From the NCBI GenBank assembly GCA_030753015.1, contig JASMDC010000005.1, positions 32,001 to 96,000 on the forward strand: DNA of 64,000 nucleotides, in the 5' to 3' direction. The translations under genes were made by a program, and so were the position numbers. This document shows positions 9,628 to 18,124 of the stretch, piece by piece (position 1 is the stretch's first letter; each line of letters opens with the position of its first letter). Source of the DNA: Candidatus Undinarchaeales archaeon (lineage in GTDB: Archaea > SpSt-1190 > JASMDC01). The notes beneath the pieces are model-generated. The model saw nothing but the letters and a program-made list of their open reading frames with translations, searched no databases and was not told the DNA's origin.

Positions 9628-10491
9628 ATGGAAGGCGTGAGAGAGGTCGGATGGGCTGTCAAGCCCAGCGTGCTTGGATTCGAGGGAGACTGGGGGAGCG
9701 GAATCGCCAGCGCTCGCGACGTGGCCACGGCCGCAGGGATGGATTACCTGGTCGTGGACGCAGAGTTCGAACAACATTACCCGCCGCCAACGGTCGTGCA
9801 GGACCTCCTTTCCACATTCGACCAAGTGCGCCTCATGCTCACCATCCAGGCGCTCTCCAACGCCGGGCTGCGGCTCCTCACCGCTCTTGGTAAGCGGAAA
9901 GTGCTGAATGATGACAACCTCATCATCAACCTCGTACGTGGCAATGACGCCTACCTCTCCCCTGCGGAGAAGGCACAGAACTCCATCACTGCCCTGCGTC
10001 GCACCCTTGGAGTGCTGGACAAGTACCATGCCAAGGTGTGGGTGGGCGGGGAGGGCCCCCGTATCACCGGGTGGGCGATGCCCAACCATAATGCCGGCCG
10101 CTTCACGTTCTTCGCCCTCATGAACACGGGGCTCAACGAACGCCTGACCGCCATGGAGCACCCCGGTGCACTCTACACCCTCGCTCTCCACGCAGAGGGT
10201 GATGGGTACCAGGCGCTTGCTGACAAGATGGGGACCGGGTACTTCCTCCGCCGCCCTTGGATCGTGGAGGACCTGAAGGCCCGGGGTATCGATCCCCAAA
10301 AGGCCACTAGCTCCGACATGGCCCTTTACGCCAAGGAAGTTGGCATCGCAGGTGCGGGTGATGCGCTCAGGGAGCAGGTGGACCGGCTCCCCCCCATGGA
10401 CAAGGTCGTTTTCTACGTGCCCGAGACCGACACATCGGTGTTGGAAACACAGTTGACGGACCTGGGCAACGCCCTTCGCGGCCAAGAGTGA
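9628..10491 (+). CDS. Divergent luciferase-like (LLM/Mer-type) TIM-barrel protein
   Basis: AAGMDYLVV, IINLVRG, VWVGGEGPR and IAG...LREQVDRL..DKVVF echo LLM-fold segments; start reassigned to ATG 9628. Confidence 0.45.
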   Translation: MEGVREVGWAVKPSVLGFEGDWGSGIASARDVATAAGMDYLVVDAEFEQHYPPPTVVQDLLSTFDQVRLMLTIQALSNAGLRLLTALGKRKVLNDDNLIINLVRGNDAYLSPAEKAQNSITALRRTLGVLDKYHAKVWVGGEGPRITGWAMPNHNAGRFTFFALMNTGLNERLTAMEHPGALYTLALHAEGDGYQALADKMGTGYFLRRPWIVEDLKARGIDPQKATSSDMALYAKEVGIAGAGDALREQVDRLPPMDKVVFYVPETDTSVLETQLTDLGNALRGQE

Positions 10492-11615
10492 ACCATATAA
10501 AGCCTGCCAATGGATTCCCCCTCGTGGACCGAAAGGACCTCGCCAATGCTCGCCGTGTGGTCGTGAAGGTCGGTACATCCGCCTTCGTTGACCGACAAGG
10601 CCTGGCATCCGAGCGCGTACGGACGCTGGTGGACGATATCGTGTCCCTCGTATGGCGGGGGATCGACGTTATCGTGGTCAGTTCGGGTGCCATCCCCTTC
10701 GGGATGGAGGCACTTAGGTTGAAAGAGCGTCCTCGTGACCTGAACACGCTCCAGGCGATCGCTGCTGTTGGCCAGAGCCTGCTCATGAAGGGATACGAGG
10801 AGGGATTCGGCGCCCACAATATCAACGTGGCCCAGGTGCTCCTGACCGCCGACGATGTCACAGACCGGCGACGTTACGTTAACGTGCGCAACACGGTACT
10901 TACGCTCTTCAACCTGGGCGTTGTCCCGGTCGTGAACGAGAACGATACCATCGCCGTGGACGAGATCAGGTATGGCGACAACGACAAGCTCTCCGCGCAC
11001 GTGGCCGTCGCTGTCGAGGCCGACCTCCTCATCCTCCTGTCAGGATCGGACGGGCTCCTCGGACCGGGCCGTGATGGTGCGCGTGTGCCGGTTGTCGAGG
11101 AGGTCACACCGGTCGTGGAGCGTCAGGCCCGCCGGCATCCCAAGGCGAAGCTGGCGAGCAAGGTGAAGGCATCCCGCATCGCCACTCATGCCGGCATCCC
11201 CGTGGTGATGCTCCACCACTCCACCGAACGGGCGTGCGAAATGGTGGTCGATGGCGAGGACCTCGGGACGCTCTTCAAACCACAGAAACCCCTGGAGGGT
11301 CGGTTCACATGGCTCCTGTTCTCCAGCCGTCCCAAGGGAGTGCTGCGTGTTGACGCTGGCGCCAAAAGTGCTCTCACGAGCCGCCAGTGCAGCCTGCTCC
11401 CCTCTGGTGTCATCGAGGTGGAAGGCACCTTCCGCAAGGGCGATACGGTCTCTCTTGCAGGGCCCGACGGGGAGGAGTTCGCCCGGGGGATCGTCAACTA
11501 CACGAGCCGTGATGCGGCAAAGATCGCTGGGCTCCAGACCGACGAGATAGCTGGTGTCCTGGGGAAGGAGAGCTACAAGGAGCTCGTTAACTCCCACAAC
11601 CTCGTCGTCCTCTGA
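10488..11615 (+). CDS. proB: Glutamate 5-kinase with C-terminal PUA domain (atypical Gly loop)
   Basis: VKVGTS, VSSGAI, AAVGQ, NENDT, GDNDKLSA; PUA motifs VDAGA, SLLPSG, ARGIVNY. Confidence 0.85.
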   Translation: MNHIKPANGFPLVDRKDLANARRVVVKVGTSAFVDRQGLASERVRTLVDDIVSLVWRGIDVIVVSSGAIPFGMEALRLKERPRDLNTLQAIAAVGQSLLMKGYEEGFGAHNINVAQVLLTADDVTDRRRYVNVRNTVLTLFNLGVVPVVNENDTIAVDEIRYGDNDKLSAHVAVAVEADLLILLSGSDGLLGPGRDGARVPVVEEVTPVVERQARRHPKAKLASKVKASRIATHAGIPVVMLHHSTERACEMVVDGEDLGTLFKPQKPLEGRFTWLLFSSRPKGVLRVDAGAKSALTSRQCSLLPSGVIEVEGTFRKGDTVSLAGPDGEEFARGIVNYTSRDAAKIAGLQTDEIAGVLGKESYKELVNSHNLVVL

Positions 11616-11641
11616 ACTGTGAGCTGGTCTAGCACGATTCC

Positions 11642-11656
11642 GAAAGGTATAAATAC
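11642..11656 (+). promoter_or_regulatory. BRE/TATA promoter GAAAGGTATAAATAC
   Basis: 24 nt upstream of GTG 11681; identical to the element at 5767-5781. Confidence 0.7.
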
Positions 11657-11680
11657 GGCGTTACCTGCCAGTAGTGACCA

Positions 11681-12661
11681 GTGGGGTACCTGGGTGTAAT
11701 CAACTCATGTGGAGGTATAGGAGCACCTCTCTCCGTCAAGGCGCAGATCTGCGGCTATGGCGAGAAGGAGGACCTTGCAAAAGAGATGCTCCGCGAGGTA
11801 GTGGACGCTCTCGATGCCGCGGGGTACGAGTCTATGTACTTCGCCGCGGCCGGCATGGCCAACGCCAATGGTGCGACCTACGCCGACGACGACCAGGCGA
11901 ACGATCCCGAGACGATCGCGCACGAGGAATGGCACGTCGAGCTCGCCCGCGGTCACTACACCGACAACCAGGAGCTCACCAACATCCTCAACGAGTCCTC
12001 GGCCCATGCAGTGGGCCTGTACAACGCACGCGAGGTCTACCGGGAGTCAGGTGACAAGGAGAAGCTCGCCAAGGTAGAGAAGCAGATCGAGCACTCCAAG
12101 GAGTACTCCGCGCACATGCTCGAGACCTACACCCTCGTCAAGGAAGCCGAGGAAAATGGAGAGGACCTCGAGAAGCTCCGTAGCAAGGTGTGGAAGACCG
12201 CCCACGAGACCCGATGGAGCTACGATCGCAAGAACTGGACCTCCCTGCTCGTCGACATGTCCTACTTCGGTGCCTTCGGCCCGGCGTTCGACGTGCTCGA
12301 GACGCACGGCCTTGAGCGTGGGAAGGACATCCTCAAGGAAGCCTTCGAGACCACGAACGAGTCTGTCGACATCACCGCTGGCAAGGACCACCTCCTCGAG
12401 TACCTCTCCGATGAGGAGCGGGAGCGGTACGATGGTGAGCTCGAGATCGTGGAGTCAAAGGCCCCCAACCAGTTCCACATCTCCGGCGAGGACTTCAACA
12501 TCGGCCTCTGGACCCAGGACGAGCGTGCCGTGCACATAATCGAAGAGGTCTACGAGAAGTACAGGGACCGGTTCGAATCAAAGGCGAAGGTCATCCCGTC
12601 CCCCGCCCAGACCGTGGACGACGAGCTCCTCGACGCGACCGAGATCCGGAAGGCCGCGTGA
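11681..12661 (+). CDS. Acidic hypothetical protein with a gluzincin-like HExxH...NE motif
   Basis: ETIAHEEWH followed by ILNESSA; strongly biased codon use; own promoter. Confidence 0.55.
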   Translation: MGYLGVINSCGGIGAPLSVKAQICGYGEKEDLAKEMLREVVDALDAAGYESMYFAAAGMANANGATYADDDQANDPETIAHEEWHVELARGHYTDNQELTNILNESSAHAVGLYNAREVYRESGDKEKLAKVEKQIEHSKEYSAHMLETYTLVKEAEENGEDLEKLRSKVWKTAHETRWSYDRKNWTSLLVDMSYFGAFGPAFDVLETHGLERGKDILKEAFETTNESVDITAGKDHLLEYLSDEERERYDGELEIVESKAPNQFHISGEDFNIGLWTQDERAVHIIEEVYEKYRDRFESKAKVIPSPAQTVDDELLDATEIRKAA

Positions 12662-12866
12662 GAAGCGCAACCCTCACAGACCGTCCATGGTCCGGCTTGA
12701 TTTACTGGAGGAGTATCAGGACAGCTCCAAGATCTTGTCAAACGTCCTCACTCCGCGGAGGCCCGTATGGCCCAAGTCCCACAGAAAAGGTTTTAGTAGC
12801 TACGCCCAGACAAGATTCTACCTTGAAATTGAGTACCCATGAACACGGTCAAGGGATGATACCAAG

Positions 12867-13559
12867 ATGAGCTTGTCAGTCATTATCCCCGCCTATAATG
12901 AAGAAGAGTGCATCTCAAAATGTATCGTTGATACTCAACGAGTACTCTCAGATATCGAACATGAGATCATTCTTGTCAATGACGGAAGCACGGACGGTAC
13001 GGATCCTATCATCCGTCAGGACATTCAGAACAAGGACAAGGTCGTATATCTTTCCTATACACCTAATAGAGGGTATTCCCATGCCATCAGGAAGGGCCTG
13101 GAAAAAGCAACAAAGAAGTATGTTTCAATCATTGATGCCGATCTTCAATATCACCCCCAAGAACTCCTTAGAATGTACCATTACGTGACCGAACGAAATA
13201 TTTCTTTTTTGATCGGAGAACCCGAGATCAAATACTATTCCCACATCAGGTCCGGTATTTCACGCGTTTACAACACGTTCATCTCATATTTATTCAACAT
13301 TTCCATTGCTGATGTGAACTCATTGAAGATCATGGAAAGAAAATACGTGGAACGCATCAATTTTATCCAGGATCATGAAGTGATAAACCTCGAACTATTG
13401 CTAGGATTCATTCTACAGGGCATCCCCATTGATAAAACTCCGATAACTGTAGAAAAAAGAGTGGCTGGACACTCAAAATGTTCACTTGGTTTGATCTATC
13501 GTACCATTTACGGCAGCCTGGTGTTCAGATCCTCGATGCATAGGCTATTGAAAAAATAG
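12867..13559 (+). CDS. GT2 glycosyltransferase (ArnC/Dpm-like), AT-rich
   Basis: IIPAYNEE, NDGSTDGT, NRGY, DADLQ motifs. Confidence 0.85.
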   Translation: MSLSVIIPAYNEEECISKCIVDTQRVLSDIEHEIILVNDGSTDGTDPIIRQDIQNKDKVVYLSYTPNRGYSHAIRKGLEKATKKYVSIIDADLQYHPQELLRMYHYVTERNISFLIGEPEIKYYSHIRSGISRVYNTFISYLFNISIADVNSLKIMERKYVERINFIQDHEVINLELLLGFILQGIPIDKTPITVEKRVAGHSKCSLGLIYRTIYGSLVFRSSMHRLLKK

Positions 13560-13572
13560 AATTCACCAGGGA

Positions 13573-14370
13573 TCACGACGAAATACCGTGCTTTTTCTCT
13601 GTTAGATCAGATAACGTTGTGAAACCTTCGGATCGAAAGTGCTCGATAAGATTGGTAAAGTCCTCTACAAAGGGTTTCCCCGTCCGATAATTGTAATAGA
13701 ACGGCACATGCGCGCTTTTCATCCCGATAAACTCCCATGAATGAACGTATAGGACGGGCGTTATCCCCTTTCTCATGAGATACTTGAACGAAGAGATGAC
13801 CCTATTGACCCCGAACAACCTCATGAAAAGCCATGATACCGGGAATCTGTAACTACTGACAGCCACCGGAACCTCCAGTATGTTGCTGCCCTCCAGTGGC
13901 CGAAAGATGTCCAAGGGCATTCTGCTATTGTTGTAATAACCCGGCAATATCGCCGGATGCAGAGAACTATCGTATTCAAAACCGAGCTCATCCAATATCC
14001 TTAGAAGTCGTTGTGAGTACTGCATCTGAGGTGCCCTGAAGCCCTTGATGCTCGTTACCTCTTCAAGGATCCCCTTTGCCCGCATGATATCTTCCTTTAG
14101 ATCCAGGGATGGATTGCCCCGATAGAAATGATCATGGCCATGGCAGGCGATCTCATGACCGTTCTTATTAATCCGCTTGACCTGCCCGAGCTCCTCTTCC
14201 GCGAAAGCACCCGTGATAAAGAACGTCGCTTTGATGTCGTGTTCGTCGAGGATATCCAGTAGGACCTCGTTCCCATCCCTGCTGAAAGATGTGTCCCCGT
14301 TCTCCTCCACTCGTTTCCCTTCCAATAACGGGCAGTTCCATTGTTCACTGTCAATTGTTAGTGCAATCAA
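13573..14370 (-). CDS. Polysaccharide deacetylase (CE4/NodB-like), AT-rich
   Basis: LTIDSE, ATFFITG, HEIACHGHDH, GFRAP, YDSS, YVHSWE; start likely TTG 14370 (TATA at ~14396), alternatively 14394. Confidence 0.85.
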   Translation of the reverse strand: MIALTIDSEQWNCPLLEGKRVEENGDTSFSRDGNEVLLDILDEHDIKATFFITGAFAEEELGQVKRINKNGHEIACHGHDHFYRGNPSLDLKEDIMRAKGILEEVTSIKGFRAPQMQYSQRLLRILDELGFEYDSSLHPAILPGYYNNSRMPLDIFRPLEGSNILEVPVAVSSYRFPVSWLFMRLFGVNRVISSFKYLMRKGITPVLYVHSWEFIGMKSAHVPFYYNYRTGKPFVEDFTNLIEHFRSEGFTTLSDLTEKKHGISS

Positions 14371-14472
14371 ACCATTCCACTGGTCGATGGACAAGTTTAT
14401 ACATGAATCCCGCGGGACGTCCCAATCACGTTCCGGAGGTCCCCTCCAACGGGTCGTTAACAGAGCGCCGTC

Positions 14473-15879
14473 TCAGGCCTGATGACGTGAGGTCGCTCGT
14501 CCGAACAGTGCAAGCCCCACAACAAAAGCCAGTGCGGTGGGAACCCTGATGAGGAGCTCATCCGCCACTCCTCCAATGCGATAGAACAGGATGTGTACCT
14601 TTGGCCTGTTCGTAATGATCTCGTACGGGGGCCTATTACTTCGTTGCATCACTTGATAATGACCCCCTATCCATTCTTCGACAAGACCGCCGACGGGATT
14701 AGCATCGCTCTCGGGGTAGAACGACGCTGCACCCAGCAGGTTGATGAGGAAGGAGGAGAGGAGCAGGAACGTGAACACGAGCCAAAGCCGACCCTCGCGT
14801 CGGACGGTGAAGAGCGGGAGCACGAAGAAGGGCATAGCGGCCACCAGATAACGCGGGCCGAAGGCGGTGCCCGCCCACCAGCTGGCGTTCGCGGCGTTCA
14901 CCACGATCACAAGAACAGAGAGCGACACGATGAAGAGGACCTCGTCGCTCAGCCGCCGCCTGAGCCTTGACAGGAGCACGGCCGCCACGATCAACACCGG
15001 CGAGTAGAAGAACAATCCACGAGAAGGGCCGAGGGTAAGCCCGAGCAGTGCTGTCGGAGTGGGAGGGCCCAGCGTGTAGTAGAACCCATGATCGCTGCCC
15101 GCAAAGGGTCCGTGGTACTTGAAAGGCAGGCCGAAAGGATCGCCGAGCAGCAACCATGAATAGACGAGCAGCAGGGAAAGGATCGTACCTCCTGCGACCA
15201 GGAACGGGAACGTCCATCCAGGACGTTTCAGATAGCAGTAAAGGAGCAATCCGGGGAAGAACAGAACGGTGACATAGTCAGCGAGCCCAACAAGACCCGC
15301 GAGCGCCCCCGCCACAACGGCATCCTGCATCCCCCCCCAGCGCGGTCTATGGACGAGCATGAAGCTGGCGAAGGCCAAGAGCGCGGCAATGCTGTATGAA
15401 TAGAAGACGGTGGAATAGAAGAACGCGGGTGTGCAGAGAGCGTACGCAAGGGCGACCACTGAAGGGTCCACGTCCCCCGACCGGTGTATGCTCCGCCCGA
15501 ACCGGACCATGAGCAGAGCCGTGAGCGCGGTGGGGAGGCCTACGAGCAGGATCGTCGTGAGGTACACCGAGAGCTGCAGGTCGGCCCCGATCGACCAGAG
15601 CGCGTATACGATGGGCGCGCCCAGGATCGAGAGGAGCGGGCCTTTACCGTTGTAGATATGATCGTCCTTTCCGACGAAATCCATTGACGGGAAGAGGGGA
15701 TAGATCACATCGGGGAAGAAGCGCTCGATATGCCATTCCCCATGGATGCCCAGGGAGAGCGAGAGGGCGAACCGCGGTCCCTCGTTCGTACCGAGGAAGC
15801 AGGTGGTGAGGAGGGCGAAGCACACCAAGAGCCCCACTACCAGCGTGCGTTCGTCCAGAGAGCCCATCCGTAGCATCAT
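14473..15879 (-). CDS. Multi-TM GT-C-like membrane protein, paralog 2
   Basis: DERTLVVGLL, TNEGPRF, NGKGP, RGLFFYSP, FGPRY, RPKVH shared with the other paralogs. Confidence 0.75.
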   Translation of the reverse strand: MMLRMGSLDERTLVVGLLVCFALLTTCFLGTNEGPRFALSLSLGIHGEWHIERFFPDVIYPLFPSMDFVGKDDHIYNGKGPLLSILGAPIVYALWSIGADLQLSVYLTTILLVGLPTALTALLMVRFGRSIHRSGDVDPSVVALAYALCTPAFFYSTVFYSYSIAALLAFASFMLVHRPRWGGMQDAVVAGALAGLVGLADYVTVLFFPGLLLYCYLKRPGWTFPFLVAGGTILSLLLVYSWLLLGDPFGLPFKYHGPFAGSDHGFYYTLGPPTPTALLGLTLGPSRGLFFYSPVLIVAAVLLSRLRRRLSDEVLFIVSLSVLVIVVNAANASWWAGTAFGPRYLVAAMPFFVLPLFTVRREGRLWLVFTFLLLSSFLINLLGAASFYPESDANPVGGLVEEWIGGHYQVMQRSNRPPYEIITNRPKVHILFYRIGGVADELLIRVPTALAFVVGLALFGRATSRHQA

Positions 15880-15886
15880 CCAGGAG

Positions 15887-15910
15887 GTAAAGAGTTTTAT
15901 TTCCCCCGGC
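15887..15910 (-). repeat. Duplicated promoter segment, copy A
   Basis: GTAAAGAGTTTTATTTCCCCCGGC (+ strand reading), identical at 18092-18115. Confidence 0.9.
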
Positions 15911-15962
15911 GTGAGGGGCGCCACGCGAAAGTCTTTAAACCTCATCGTCCAAGCTGGGAGCG

Positions 15963-16667
15963 ATGGAGGAGACGCTGTCCGTATCCGTCATCTTCCCCTG
16001 CTACAACGAGGAGCGTAACGTCGAGAAGGCCGTGTCCGAGACCCTCGATACACTTGGCGACCTTGAGCTAGAGGTCATCATGGAGGAGGACGGTAGCAGC
16101 GACCGGACGGCCGAGATAGCACGCTCACTGGCCGATGGCGATCCCCGGGTCCGTGCCCTATCCTTCCCCGGAGCGCGCCTTGGCAGGGGAGGCGGTTTCC
16201 TCAAGGGCGCGGAGGTGGCGTCAAAGGACGTCATCGTGCTCATGGACGCCGATCTGGCCATCCACCCGCGGCACGTACGGGACGCTCTCGAGCGGATCGC
16301 GGCCGGGGCGGACCTCGTCATCGGTTCACGGAACGCTCACGGGGGGCGCCGTATCGTGAACCAGACCTGGGCCCGGGTCCTGACCGGCGTTGTCTACAGG
16401 ACCCTCGTCCGCCTGCTCTTCTTCCTGCCCCACAGCGACTTCCAATGCGGGTTCAAGGTGATGCGCCGCCGCATCCTCGACGACATCGACCTAACCCACT
16501 GGGACTGGGAGTTCGACACCGAGCTCATCTGGAAGGTCCACCGCGCAGGGCTCGTGATCGAAGAGATGGGCATCGTCTGGACCGAACGCGGCGACTCCCG
16601 CCTCCACATCTTCCCTGACGCGCTCCGGATGCTACGGGGGCTCATTCTCCTACGGTTGGGAAGGTGA
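15963..16667 (+). CDS. GT2 dolichyl-phosphate glycosyltransferase-like
   Basis: IFPCYNEE, EDGSSDRT, MDADL, GSR, DFQCGFK, EFDTEL motifs. Confidence 0.85.
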   Translation: MEETLSVSVIFPCYNEERNVEKAVSETLDTLGDLELEVIMEEDGSSDRTAEIARSLADGDPRVRALSFPGARLGRGGGFLKGAEVASKDVIVLMDADLAIHPRHVRDALERIAAGADLVIGSRNAHGGRRIVNQTWARVLTGVVYRTLVRLLFFLPHSDFQCGFKVMRRRILDDIDLTHWDWEFDTELIWKVHRAGLVIEEMGIVWTERGDSRLHIFPDALRMLRGLILLRLGR

Positions 16668-16683
16668 GTGTGCGCTGGAGCGC

Positions 16684-18084
16684 TCAGACCATAGCACGCC
16701 TCAACAGGACCAGACCCGCCGCGCAGACCAGGAGCGACGGTAGCCTGACAAGGGCCTCGTTGCCGTCCAATCCCAAGTGGTAGAGCACGAGGTGCACCTT
16801 GGGCCGCGCCACGATGATCTCGTAGGGCTCGCCCTCACCCGCGTCCATCATGAGGCGTCGACCGCTATACCATTTGGCGAGTAGGCCCGCCACGGGATTC
16901 TCTTTGTCCCCGGGGTAGTGGGAAACGGCGCCCACGAGGTTCACCAGGAACGAGATGAGAAGCAGCATCATGAACACGGGCCAGACGGCACCCATCCTGC
17001 GCACGGCAAGGAGCGGAAGAACGAAGAATGGCATGGCAGCCGTCATGTACCGGGGGCCGAAGGAAATGCCGGCACGCCAGTTCGAATGGGTGATGTGGAA
17101 TCCCATAAGGACGATGAACATGGCCATGACCAGGTATGCCTCGTGTGGATGAAGAGCACGGAACCGGAACCAGAGCACAGCGGCCACAATGAGGACCGGG
17201 CTATAGAAGAAGAGGCCCCGCTCGGATGAGAGCGTCACGCCAAAGGGCGCCTGCGGATCAGGGATCCCCCATTGGTACCACACGCCCTGCTCACGCGTGT
17301 TAGCAAAGGTAGCGTGGTACTTGTACGGGAGGCCGAAGGGATCCCCGAGCATGGCATAGGCATAGAGCGGAAGGAGGGAGAGCATCAAGCCGCCCGATAC
17401 GAGGAACGGAACGGTCCAGCGGGGGCGTCTCAGCACACAATAGAGAAGGAGACCGGGGAAGAGCAGGAGGGTCGCGAAGTCCGCAAGACCCGAGAGGCCG
17501 GCGAGCGCCCCTGCGGCCAATCCACCACGGACATCCCCATACCGGTCTCCCGCATGCACGACCCAGAAGCTCGCGACGGCGAGGAAGGATGCCATGCTGT
17601 ACGGGAAAAAGACGGTGCCGTAGTAGAAGGCGTTCGTGCACAATGCATAGGCCAAGGCCACGAGCGTCGGATCGATGTCCCCCGGCCTGTGGACCGAGCG
17701 GCCGAACCAGAAGATCAGCAGGGCGGTGAGGGCCGTGGGGAGACCCGCAAGCAGGAGCGTTGTCACGTAAACCGTTGTACGGAGGTCAGCACCGGCCATC
17801 TGAAGGATTCGCACGATGGGAGCGGCCAGTACGGACAGGAGCGGGCCCTTGTCACTGTAGATATGACCGTCCTTTTTGACGTAGTCGATAGGAGGGAACA
17901 GGGGATGGAGTACCTCGGGGAAGAAACTGTCGATGTGCCATTCCCCTTGGATCCCCAGGGAGAGCGAGAGGGCGAACCGCGGTGCCTCATTTGTCGAAAG
18001 GAAGCATGTGGTCAGGAGGGCGAAGCACACCAGAAGCCCCACTACCAGCGTTCGTTCGTCCAGGTGGGCCATCCGTGACATCAT
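16684..18084 (-). CDS. Multi-TM GT-C-like membrane protein, paralog 3
   Basis: DERTLVVGLL, TNEAPRF, SDKGP, RGLFFYSP, SFGPRY, RPKVH. Confidence 0.75.
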   Translation of the reverse strand: MMSRMAHLDERTLVVGLLVCFALLTTCFLSTNEAPRFALSLSLGIQGEWHIDSFFPEVLHPLFPPIDYVKKDGHIYSDKGPLLSVLAAPIVRILQMAGADLRTTVYVTTLLLAGLPTALTALLIFWFGRSVHRPGDIDPTLVALAYALCTNAFYYGTVFFPYSMASFLAVASFWVVHAGDRYGDVRGGLAAGALAGLSGLADFATLLLFPGLLLYCVLRRPRWTVPFLVSGGLMLSLLPLYAYAMLGDPFGLPYKYHATFANTREQGVWYQWGIPDPQAPFGVTLSSERGLFFYSPVLIVAAVLWFRFRALHPHEAYLVMAMFIVLMGFHITHSNWRAGISFGPRYMTAAMPFFVLPLLAVRRMGAVWPVFMMLLLISFLVNLVGAVSHYPGDKENPVAGLLAKWYSGRRLMMDAGEGEPYEIIVARPKVHLVLYHLGLDGNEALVRLPSLLVCAAGLVLLRRAMV

Positions 18085-18091
18085 CTAGGAC

Positions 18092-18115
18092 GTAAAGAGT
18101 TTTATTTCCCCCGGC
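18092..18115 (-). repeat. Duplicated promoter segment, copy B
   Basis: Identical 24-mer to 15887-15910, same spacing to the ATGATG start. Confidence 0.9.
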
Positions 18116-18124
18116 CCGGCCGTC

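Noticed and set aside
9475-10608. 377-aa minus-strand ORF
   Set aside because: Shadow of the LLM-like gene, which has a promoter and is coupled to proB
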